DNA of 63,290 nt, the filler included, from Clostridia bacterium (lineage in GTDB: Bacteria > CBDUZB01 > JAGLHV01): the NCBI GenBank assembly GCA_030637025.1. It is 4 parts of 4 records of this genome, joined end to end, with 100 filler letters (N's around TTAATTAATTAA, not from the genome) between each part and the next. Parts side by side here need not be neighbours in the genome. Positions count along the whole stretch, not along the records: positions 1 to 27,063 come from DAOVVV010000034.1; 3 more parts are not named here. One strand, 5' to 3'. The notes under the pieces are model-generated. The model saw only the letters and a list, made by a program, of their open reading frames with translations. It searched no databases and was not told the origin of the DNA. A program made the translations under genes and the position numbers. Shown one piece after another: positions 9,501 to 21,500 of this stretch (positions within the stretch are counted from its first letter, which is position 1; each line of letters begins with the position of its first letter).

Positions 9501-12500
9501 ATTTTTTATGTCGATGAACAAACCAATACCGGTGTTCTGGATGATGCTTTTAATTCGGTTAAAGCCCAGTATATCAGCTATGCGGAAAGCCAGCAGCACA
9601 AGAATATGGCTGTTCCTCTGCTTGCGGAGTTAATTAAAGTACAAATTTATAAAATAATACTCACTTATCGTTATCAAAGGGATATGCGCAGGATTGTTTC
9701 CCGGATGAGCCAGACAATGAGAGAGGGATTGGATAAAACCATAGAGACGGAAAGTTTGGGTAAAAAAAATATGGAAGTAGATGTAAATGCAGTTATTAGG
9801 AATGTTTCCGCAGGGATGACCGATGCTTTGAAAATAAGTGAATTAATGGCCGGTAAAGAAGAACGCAGTTTAAAAACACGGGTAGGAAAGGGTTTAGATA
9901 ACGCGGCTAAATTGTTTGCTGATTTTATGTGGCGAGCCCGGGGAAGATTATTAGGTGAAATTAAAGAACGGGTAGTTACCGTAGCGGAAAAGCGTGAAAT
10001 GGCGGCAGGTATACCCATGGTAATGGGACAGGCAGGTAAATCCCATACCGGAATAAAGGTTGCTGATTATAGAAAGGTGAATACTGACCAGATAGAGCGA
10101 GAAAAAGAATGGATGGAAAATAATCAAGTAACCCTGGATTTACAAGCTGGCTTAAAAGCAGAGGGATTTTTTGTGACTATGCCGGAAGAAAAAGTAGCAG
10201 AGGTAGCAGAAGAAAAACCAGTGGAAGTAGAAAAACCCGCAGAGGTAGTTACAGAAGTTCCTGGTGAGGGTCCTGAGATTCCCGAGGAAATCGTTCCTTT
10301 TGATACTAAAATAATTGCTCATTTTCAGGGGGAGACTGACCAAATAAATAAAGATTTGAATAATATTCAAACAGCTATTGAGGGGTTAGATATAGAGTTA
10401 GAAACAGAGGAAGTTAATAAAGTTTATCAGCAATTAAGTGAAATTCGGACAAAGATTTCCAGCTTAAGGCGCGAATATAAAACTATGGAAGTACCGGAAG
10501 ATTTAAGCAAAGATATTCAGTCATCATTAGAAAAAATAGGGACGGTTATCAGTACTCTGGATAATCAGGCAATTAAATTAAATAATGAATTGGATGATAA
10601 AACCGGAGCCCACATAGTTCCTTCCCGTTTTGATGTAAAGAATATTATTAGAAAAATTGACGGGAGGGTTTTAACTTTTACTCAAAATCTTGCTTCAAGC
10701 AAATTAGGCAAACCGGTTTTTGGACTTTCTTTAGGGGTGGTATTTGCCGGGTTTCTTTTTATTCTTTTTAATGGTTTATCTTTTGGTATGTTGCCTATTT
10801 TAGCTTTAGTTTTTACTCCGCTAACTATTTTATTTTCTTTCTTTAAAAAGGAGTCGGGAACTACTTTTCCTGCCCAGCCTAAAAAAGGAGCATTGGGTAA
10901 ATTAATGAATATTAGTGAAAAAGTTAAAGAGGTTATTGGCGGTACTCCCGGAAAGCCGGCTTCATGGACTAACCTTTTTATTTCAGGAATAACTTTAATT
11001 GCTTTCGGAATTAGTTTAGGTTTTGGCCCGGCTGTTCTTTTAACTGCAGGAACAGCTGTTTCTGCCGGAGTAAGTATGATGGGTTTTGGGTTCAGTCCTA
11101 TAATCTTCATTTTTATAACCAATGCTATATTACAGAAAACCAAATTTCTGGATAAGCTTGCCGATAAAATAAGCGGCCTGTTAGGTATTCGTAAAGCAAA
11201 AATAGAAAACAAAAAAGGCTTTGAAAATCTGAGATTACGGATGGAAGAAAATATTCGCCAAAACAAGGAAAATGTTCCTTTACCAATAGAACAGTTAGAA
11301 AAACAGGCAAGGATTATTGCTTTTGGGGGGGAGGAAATAGCGGAGGAAAAATTAACCCCGGCAATGAAGGAACAGTACCGGAATGTTCTCAAAGGTTTGG
11401 AAACATATTGGCGCAGTGTGGAAAGAGAGCTTTTGAAAGAAGCAATTAGTCAAAGTGAAAAAGATATTTCTCATGCGGCTGAGGTAAATAAAGCGGTAAA
11501 CGATGAGGCAATTGCCGCTTTTTGTGGTTTGAGAGTGAATTTCCAAAGAATTAAAGAAAAAAAGACATTACGACCCGATAATGAAAAATTAGAAGAGTTC
11601 GCTGTACAAATAGCTGCAGCTGAATTGGAAAAAGATGTTTCAGTAGGGGTGGTAAATGCCCGAGTTGAGGAGGTTCTGCCATATTTAAAAGAATATTGGT
11701 TTGAGGCTGAAGAGGAGGTCTTAACCGGGAAAATTGCTCAGGCTAAAGCAGATTTGGGTAATATAGTAAAAATAGCCGGAGAAGAGCAATTGGAATTAAT
11801 TGCTTCCAACGCTGTTCAACGTGCCCGGGCAGGGGAAAATGCACAAGCTTTAGAGTTATTGCAACAACGATTTGAAGAAAACAGAAAAATTTCTCAGCTT
11901 ACTCCCCAAAAATTAGCAAAAAGGCAAAAAACAATATGGGCAAACGTTGCCCTTAAATTGGGGTATCAACCGGGAGAAGAACTTTATCTCCAAATAAATA
12001 AGGCTTTACAACAATACTGGGTAAGTATAGAAGGGGAATTATTGCAATCAGCCATTAAACAAAGCCAGGAAGATATTACCCGTGCTTCTGCATTAAACAA
12101 AGCAGTAAATGATGTGGCTATTGCTGCTGTTTGCGGATTAGAAACCAGTCTGGAAAGAAGCCGGCAGAAAGAAACCTTACCTTCTGCGGAACAATTACAA
12201 AAACTAGCCGTAGATATAGTTAATGTTGAACTTAAGGAAGATGTTTCAGCTCAGGAAAGAAATGCCCGAATAGTAGAAGTGGTTCAATATTTAAAAATGT
12301 ACTGGTTTGATGCTCAACAAAAGCTTTTATCCAAAAGAATTGCTCTGGCAAGGGGGGATCTGGATAATATTGTAGACATAGCTAAAGCCCCTCAGGAAGA
12401 GTTAATTGCTCAATATGCCAGTCAGCTGGCACAGGCAAAAGAAGGGGTTGCCTTAAAAGAAAAAATAAAAAGATTAGCTACTTATATTGAACAGGAATTA

Positions 12501-15500
12501 GCTGAGTGGTCCATTCAAACAGAACTAGAGTTTATTTCAAAATCACAGGAAGATTTAATTGCTTTAGTAAACAAAGCAGAATATTTAACCGATAAAACAA
12601 AAGAAAATCATATTAACCAAATTAATCAAAAAGTTGCTCAGTTAGAGCAAGCAAGAACAGTACAACCGGAGGAAACGGTAGAGGAAGTAGTAACACCAGC
12701 GGAAGTAGATGTGAAAAAGAAAGTAACTATTGCACAGATTATAGGGGATGTTTTTGATGGGGCTTTGCGTCCATTCAATGCTTTGCATTGGGAAATAGAA
12801 GAGGGGGTAGTAGATGCGATTATTGCCGGACTGGGGTTAAAGCAAAAGGAGGTTAGCTTAACGGCAAAGCAAAGAGAAAAGGTAGTTAATGCCCTGGAAT
12901 TATTAAAAAGAGAATTTCCGGAATTGGAAAATAAAGAATTATCCGGTGCTATACAAAAAGAATTGGATGGGTTAATTAATAATCCGGAAGAGTTGAAAGT
13001 AGTCGAAGGTAAGTGGTTTATTATGGATGAGTCTAATACGCTTAAAGCCTGGGTAGGGGCATTTTTAAATGGACCGTATGTATTTATTTTAAAGGCCATG
13101 ATTAAAGGAGCGACAGAAAAACAATTAGCCGGGGCTATCTTACATGAGTTGTTGGAAGTGCAGGGAATAGAGCATGAGCCGGCAAAAAAAATTGTAGATA
13201 GGTTTATAGTCGGTGAGGAAGCTATTGAAGAACGGATGGAAAAGATTGCAATACTGGAGGCGGCAGGTTTTAAAACAACTAATCAAGAGATATTAAAATT
13301 AAGTATAAAGGAAATAAAGGAAAGAATTGCTCTTTTAAATGAATTAAAAGAATCAGGAGTAAAAGTATCGATTGGTTGGTTAACATATGCGCCGGTTACA
13401 TTGAAAGAGTGGGTAGAAGCGTTGGTGGAAATGGGTATTACTTATGCTCAGATTACTTCGAAGTTAATTATTATTCAGAGTTATATCCAGCGGCTGGCTG
13501 AAGGAGAAGATGTTGGGGAAGAACTAAATAATAAAATTGTCCGGTTAAGTGAACAGCCGGAAAATGAACAGATAGTAAATAAGTTGAAGGGAAGAGTTCA
13601 GCAGCTAATTCCTGAAGCAGTGGAAAAAGTCGAAGATGATATTGAAGAGATAAAAAATAAGATAAAAAGTTTGCCGGACGAAGAAAAACATTATATCCCA
13701 ATAACAATATCAGACACGAAAGATGTTAAATTTCTTTTAACCCGGGAAGATTATGCGGCGGGGATGAAAGTAAGTGAAGGGGGCATGCTTAGTTTATTAA
13801 GTAAAGCATTAAGCCTGGAGAAAGAATTATATTTTGGTATATATTATGAGCCATTAAATGAAGAAATTGTATTATCACTTCTTGACCAACCCCACTATTT
13901 CTCCGAGGAGCATGGGAAGAATGGTTTTATCGGAATAAACAAATCCATAGTTGAAATCAAAGATGAAAAAATACGCAATATAGTTTTGATAGTAGCTTTA
14001 ATGCACGAGTTAAGGTATGAAGTAACCGGGCGGGATGACGATGCTTTTGAGCAGGAACAATTAGCCTGGGACATTCAATTGACCCTTTCTTTATTAAATG
14101 AAGAAGGAATTTTATTAGATGATTATATTAAGACACTGGGATTATTAGATAAAGAAACTCCGTATTTAAGAGGACTGCAACAATTTCCTTATAAATATTT
14201 TGTAGAAGTATTATCAAGGACATTTGAAAGAGATGAAACTATTATCGGACAAATATTTGATAATTTTTCCGGGGATATTAATTTTGAAAAATTAACGGAA
14301 AATATTTTTAAAATGATTAAGGAATTAGAAACATTAACCGATATTGAAAAAACTGATCTTGATAAATATGAAAAATTCTCCCGGCTTTCTCTGGAAATGT
14401 TGGTAGCCATTGTACCGGCTTTGAAAGAAAACTGTCAACAACTGGATAGAGTAATAAAAGGAAAAGTAAAACCGGCAAAGGTAGATATTATTGAATTAGT
14501 TGATTCAGTAATAGAGGCAAATAAAATAAGTAATGTTAATGTATTATTACCTGAGGGGGATAATTTACCCCAAATAGAGGGATTTAGTGATTACATAGAA
14601 CAAACATTAGTTGAATTAATAACTAATGCTAATGAACATGGGGCAAGAAATATCGAGGTAACTATTTTAAAAGCCATACATCCCCAGACTAGAGAAGAAG
14701 GGATCCAAATTAAAATAAAAGATGATGGGAGGGGGATTAATTCTGAAGATCAAAAAAATATATTTAACAAGGGATTCAGGGGTGATGTAGAAGTTGGGGA
14801 AGGAAAGAAAATTACGGGTACAGGGTTAGGTTTGCATTATGCTAAAAGATTTATAGAAGAGTTATACCGGGGGGATATTAGGGTCAGTAGTGAAGGCAGG
14901 GATATTAATAAATGGGAAGCAGGGAAGGGAAATGGAAGTACCTTTAATTTGACTTTATTTGATATCGACAAGGAACGGGATTATCAAGAATATCGCTATG
15001 AGCTTGTTGTTTCTATAATTCATAATATAGGTAACAATCTCACCGTTTTAAAAGAATCTGCTGCAATGTTATATGAAAGTAAAGAAGATGATAAATTGTT
15101 TTTAGGGATAAAAAACAAGGTGGAAGACATTATTACCTACATAAAAATATTTATGGTAATGAGAGATCAAACTACTTTAAAAACGAGGCTTGAAGAAACA
15201 TGGAAAGAAGAACCGGTAACGGAAAAAAGATTTCCATTTATAGCTTTAACCTCTTTCTTAGTAAGTATATTTAGTGTGTTTGGACTTGTTGGTATAGCTA
15301 TGGCAGAATCGGGAGTTGTAACAAATGTTGTTTCCGGAATATCTTTATTAGGGATAAGTGTACCGGGGATAGTAATTGGAGGTATAGGTATAGCTCTGGG
15401 TGTATTAGGGTTGAGATGGATACTAAAAAGGATAAAGGAAAGAGCGGATAAAGAAAGAATAAAAATAGAAGCACCCCCGGTCATTGAAAAGCTCAGTAAC

Positions 15501-18500
15501 GAAGAAGCAGGAGCAATAGTTAATAATGCGGCTATTCTAAGTAATAAGGAAAGAGCTTATAATGAGGATATAGATGTTTTGCCTGTAAAAGTTAGGCCAA
15601 AAGAAATGAGAGAATTATTAAAGAGTGAAGTATTTCGGCCAAAATATCAATATAAAATTGGCAAATATACGATTTATTTATCCAATTCTTATAAGAGTGA
15701 TAAAATTACCGACCGGGAGTCAGTTGTAGCATATATTAAAAGTCCGGACGGTAAAATTGTAATAAGGTCTTTTTACTGCTCTTTATCTTTAGGATTGTGG
15801 CATAGTGCCAGTCATTTTGGGCAGCCCGGAAGCCCTTTATGGATTGGAAAAGGTATGACAGCTTTTAAATTTTCTACTCAGTTACCAATACAGATGCAAA
15901 AGGTGCTTTTTGATATTCGTTCTCAAGTTGGGTTTGCTCAAGAAGTCAGCGGAGAGGAAGCAAAGAAAGTTTTTTACGGTGCGTTACAATATTTAATTCC
16001 TACAGAATACGAAAAAGAATTGGAAGGAATTTCTGAAGGAATTAGAGACATGATCAGAGATGTGCCTGAAAGTAGAAAAGTATTGGATTCTCAAAAAGGA
16101 ATGCACATAAAACCGGAAGATTTAAAGATTAAAAGTAAAAAACTTAGACCGGATTTCAGTAAATTAATAACCAGATTTGAAGTCAGGTTAAATCCGGAAC
16201 TTTATAAAGAGGGAATAGGTGAAGCCTATGTTTTTTATTCTAACGATAAAAAATTACAGTATCTGTTTTTAAGGGATACTTCCGGGAATGTGTGGTTGGG
16301 AACGATTGATTTTATAGAGGAGGATATTAACAATTTTGGGATAAGAAGGGTTATGTATAATCCTCTTGATTTAAGTAAACCGCCGTACGAATATTATGAC
16401 AATATTCCGGAGGGATATATAGGAGAACGGAAATCTGGAAGTTATTATGAGGTTATAAATTATCATCGTAACGTTTCGATTTTAAATGAAGCGAAGAAAG
16501 TGATAGAAGAGAGAAGTAAAGAAAGAACATGGGATGAATGGAAGAATATTTTCCGGGGAGAGGGTGTTGAAATTATACAAATGGAACCTGTTAGTGTTGA
16601 TGGTTCTGAAGTTTTAACAGAGGGAGATGCCCGGAGAAGACTGGCAACATATACTTTGGAAATAGATGCAGATAAAATCACCGCAATCGAAAAAATATTT
16701 GAAGAAATCGCAGTAATTGAAAAATACATTTCAGAAATTAAACAAAAGAACGTGAAGGAAATAGCAGCAGATTATAAGTCGTGGAATATAGATAAATTAG
16801 AAAATAAATTAAATGAAATTTTAAAAACGGGTAAACTGGATGATAAAGATTTAGACAAAAAAGTATTAGAAGAAGTTAAAGTAAATATAGATAAAATTAA
16901 ACAAATTAAAAATAGCATTAACCATGAATTAAATGTTAATCGGATTAAAACAATTGAGCAAGAAATAGAAAAAATCAGTAAACAAATTAGTGAAGAAATC
17001 AGTAAAGAATCGGAGTTTGTTTATTTAATGGATGTTAATGCTTTTAATAAATTCAACGAAACACTGGAAACAATCGATAGTAAAAGGCTGGAACTTATAA
17101 ATGTTAAAAAGCCCTTATTAGAAGAAAGTAGCATTCAGCAATTAAGGGAGTTTAGAAATCGCGTTAGGGATGAAAAAAGGTTGATAAAACAAAGCCTTGA
17201 CCTTTCTGTTGATGAACGGCAAATATTTATTGGCTGGTACTTATTTAATGAATATTATGAATTATATAAGGAAGACGATAAGCATGAGCAATTAATGCAA
17301 AATGTTAAGTTTGTTGAAAGATTAATTGCCTTAAATAAAGAAAATGATATTCCGGCAAAAGAAAAAGAATTATTTGCTTTGATTAGTGAGTTAAGAGCCA
17401 GAGGTATAAATGAGGAAATTTATAAGCAGGTGCAGAAAGTTAGAGCAAGGCATATAGAGCAAAAACAATCAGTTCAGGATTCTTTAAATATCATGATCAA
17501 TCAAATGAATGTAATAAGCGGTCAGCCGGAAGAATTATTACGGGATTTAAAAAGTAAGGAATCTACGGTAAAAGTTTTAGAGGAAAAAGCATTAGTTGAA
17601 TTTAAAAGTGATTCGGAAAAATTTGCTTTGTTTAGTAAAAAGAAAACTATTTCGAAAGTTGGAAAAGATGATTACTTTCAGCAACACCTGGCCACACATG
17701 CTAAACATTTTTTCGGAGAGGCAGAGCCGCTTAATGCAAGGCAATATAGAGAACTTATTGAGCAAATAAAACAAAAAGCGGATATGTGGTTTATCTCTTT
17801 TGATGAAAATGGAGTAAAAAGATATAACTATTATGAACAGGGACATAATGTTTTATTAATAATAACAGAATACAGAGACTCAAATCCATTATTTATAAGT
17901 TGTTATCCGGTTACTTCCGATAGAGTGGGAGAGCTTTTAAAGAGAGAAAAAACCTATGTTGTATCTGATTTGAGGGAAGAAAAAGAACCGGTAAAGGGGA
18001 AAAGATTTTCTACTACAGTCTTAATTTTTTTATTAGTAAGCATAGTCAGTTTTTTTGGACTTGGTGGTATAGCCATTGCAGAATCGGAAGGTTTAACAGG
18101 TGTTGTTTCCGGAATATCTTTATTAGGGGCAAGTTTACCCTGGATAGGAATTGGATTATTAGGTATAGGGATGGATGTATTGGGGTTGATATGGATGCGA
18201 GAAAGGATAAAGGCTCTACCTACATTTTTGACTCCAAAAATAATTGCTGGGTTCGGAGGAGGTATTGGGAGGATTGAGAAAAAATTAATAAGGGTTTCTA
18301 TTGCTATGAATACAAGGTCAGAAGATGAAGAGAGTGAAAATAAAATAATTAGTGGAATGTATAAAAATTTGAAGAAAATTCAGACTCAAATTTCCGCACT
18401 TAACCGTAAATATCAGGCTGTAGAAATTCCCGCGGGTGTGAGTGAAGAACTTAAGGAGGCATTTAAAGATATTGGAGTTAGATTAACTAATGTCAATAAT

Positions 18501-21500
18501 CAGGCAATTGACTTAAATAGGCAGCTTGATGAAAGAAGAGGACCTATAGAAGTTAAGCCCCCGGTCGAAAAAGAAGTGAAAGTCAAGCCGGAAGTTGTTA
18601 CTACCGAGATAAAAGATTTGGTGAAAAAATTTTATGTAACAGGTTTACTTTTGGGAATATATATTCTTGGTTCCTTCATATTACTTCCCGGATTTAATAG
18701 CGCAGTTCCGGAGCAAATGAATTTGTTTTCTTTTTTCTTTAAAATATCTTTAGAAATGTTAACCGAGCAAGGGGATGTTGTCGGATTAATATCTCTTTTT
18801 TCCGGTGGAAGTATGGCTTCTATTTTTGCTATGGGTCTGTTGCCGTATTTTCTTGCTTCCACGGCAATTCAATTAGGAAGCTTTGTTTTTCCGGGAATAA
18901 AGAGAAGGATAAGCCAGGGAGATGCGGGAAAAGAACGACTGGAAAAATATACCCGATATTTAGCTTTAGGGATAGCAGTTTTTCAGGCGATAATAATGGT
19001 GAATTACTTAATGCCTTTTATGGTAGGTGCGGCATTAATACTTAAATTATCTACGGCTGTATCTTTAATTGTCGGGACTGCTTTTATTATGGGGATAAGC
19101 GAGCAAATAGGAAAAAGAGGCCTGGTTAAAAGAGGCAGTTTACTGGTAATAAGTGTAGGGATGTTAACCAGTATGGTATTTACTTTATTTAGCGGTCCTA
19201 TAGCAATGGCTGCGATATTTTTCGTAGCAATTGCCGTTCCTTTAGCTATAGTTATTCATAAGGTGCATTATAAAATTCCGGTCAGATTTGCTCCGCTTGC
19301 CCGTAAGGAAGCGAAAGAGAAGATGGGGTTTTTGCCTTTAAAGCTGGATACTGCCGGGGTAAGTGCGATTATTATTACTATGTCTTTTCTGATGGTAGGA
19401 TCGATGATTTCTACTGTTTTTATGGGGGCAGGGGCTATTACTATTGGGCCGAATTTAATGACCGCTATTACAGGGATAATGATATTTTTCTTTTCTTATG
19501 TAGGTACGACCAGGGTACAGATGAATGTAAAAGATCTGGTCAAGGATTTTTTACGGGGAGGAAAAATCATTCCCGGTGTTGCCCCTGGTGTGCAAACAGG
19601 GGAATACATAAAAAAGACAATAAATAGAGTGGGGTTTTTAGGTGCTTTATTGGTTACTGCCATTACTATTGCCCCAGCGGCGTTAGGGATTGGGACTTAT
19701 GCTTTAGGAATGACTATTTTAATTTCCACTCTGGTTTTCTTAGAAATTTTCAATCAGATAAGGGTTGCCTGGTCCAGTTTAAAAGTAGCTACACCCGAAG
19801 TGGTTGAAGCAGAAGAAACAGCGGAGAGGAAAAGCATCAAGTATTTAGTTGTGGCAGCAAGTGGATTATTGGGGCTGGTTAGTTTATTTTATTTAGCTTT
19901 ACCCTCTTTAGTAGACATACTTACCATGGAAATTACTTCCACACTTTTTCTGGTAGTAGGAACGGCTGTTTTGATGGGCGTGTTGTTTTTTAATTTAACT
20001 TCTTTCGGCCAACAGATTTTAAAAAACAGAGCCAGGAAAATATCTATACTCAGAGAGAAAGCAGACATAATAGATGTATTAAGGGAGAAGTATGCCGGAA
20101 AGAGCAATGAGCAATTATTGGCAGAAGCTGAGCGGTTAAGAGGGTTATTTACTCCTGAAATGACCGATGAAGAGGCGGTCAAAATACTGGAATCAATGGA
20201 CGAAGACGGTATACCGATTAAGCTGAAGGGTATTGCCTTAGCTATGACTAATATTGAACGAACTTCCCGGGAAAGTGCAGTGGAATCAGCTATTGAATGG
20301 TTAGAAAAAGATACAGAGTCGATGACGGATAAAGCAATAAAATTAGCCATTAAGCAGGCGAAGGGAAATAATGGGGAAGCATCCCAAAAAGTAGTAGATT
20401 TAGTTTTGTTTAAAATAAATAAAAAATTAGAGCAAAAGATAAGTGTACATGAAAGATTGAAATTAGAAGAAGAAATAGGAAAGATTGAGAGGAAATGGAA
20501 TTTCACTTTTAATCCCAATCAGGTATTTACTGCCCTGGCTTTGTTAGAGCGGGAAATTAAAGAAAAAACATTACTTGGTGATTGGTCAGGGAGGATACAG
20601 GGGTGGATTACTCCCAGCGACTTAATGCAGAAAATAGTAGGCAATTATGTTCAGCTACCCGGGGGAGAAGGGAAAACCCAGGTAGCTGCGAGTGCTTTAT
20701 TTACAGCATCTTTAGCCGGCCGGGGCAGTCAGTTATTAACATCGCATAAAAATCTGGCTAAGTCGCAAGGGAAAGAGATGGCTATGTGTTTAGCGCGTTT
20801 AGGGACCAGTGTGAGTGTTGTAGGAGCCGAGTATGATGAGCAGGGAAGGCAGGTGCATTATGTATATAAACTGAAAGAATTGGGTAAAGATAAGGTTAAG
20901 GTTGAATTGGTTAAAACTACTGATGTGGAAGTAGCTTATAATGAATGTGATATTACTTATAGTGATGAAGCTACGGCTAATCATCTAAGGCAGATGCACT
21001 TTTTAAATTTGCGTCCTTCTTTTTACGCTGCTTACGATGAAGGAGATGCGATTTTTAAAACTACTTCTCCCAGGAAAATATCCGCAGGAGCAGAAGGGGA
21101 AACATGGAGTAATGAGAATATAATTGCTTTAAGAAAACTCTTTTTAGAAGATGGATTAAGGGAAGGTGATTTTAAATTGGATTTCCGGGGGGATGGAAGG
21201 ATCAGGCTTACCGGAAATGGACAGGCTCAATTAAAGAGAATAATTAAAAATGAACAGCAAGCGGAAAAAATTATTAACTATTTCAGAGAAAATGGTTTAC
21301 CGGAAAAATTTGTTTTTGGGATGCTGGTAAAAAGGTTAAAACAAGCTCAGGAACGGAGAGAAGGGGAATATTTTAAGGTAAATTATGAGGAAAAAGAAGA
21401 AGTAGTAGAATTAACCTCTGCCGGCAGGGAGATAATCGAACGGAATTATTTAGGGCTTCCTTTAGATTTATCACTTACCCAGTTGGATATAATTCATTCC

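Noticed and set aside
13130-14025. Zinc metalloprotease motifs in the giant ORF (ILHELLE, LMHELRYE)
   Set aside because: Neither is HExxH. They may be degenerate zincin-like modules, but activity cannot be supported.
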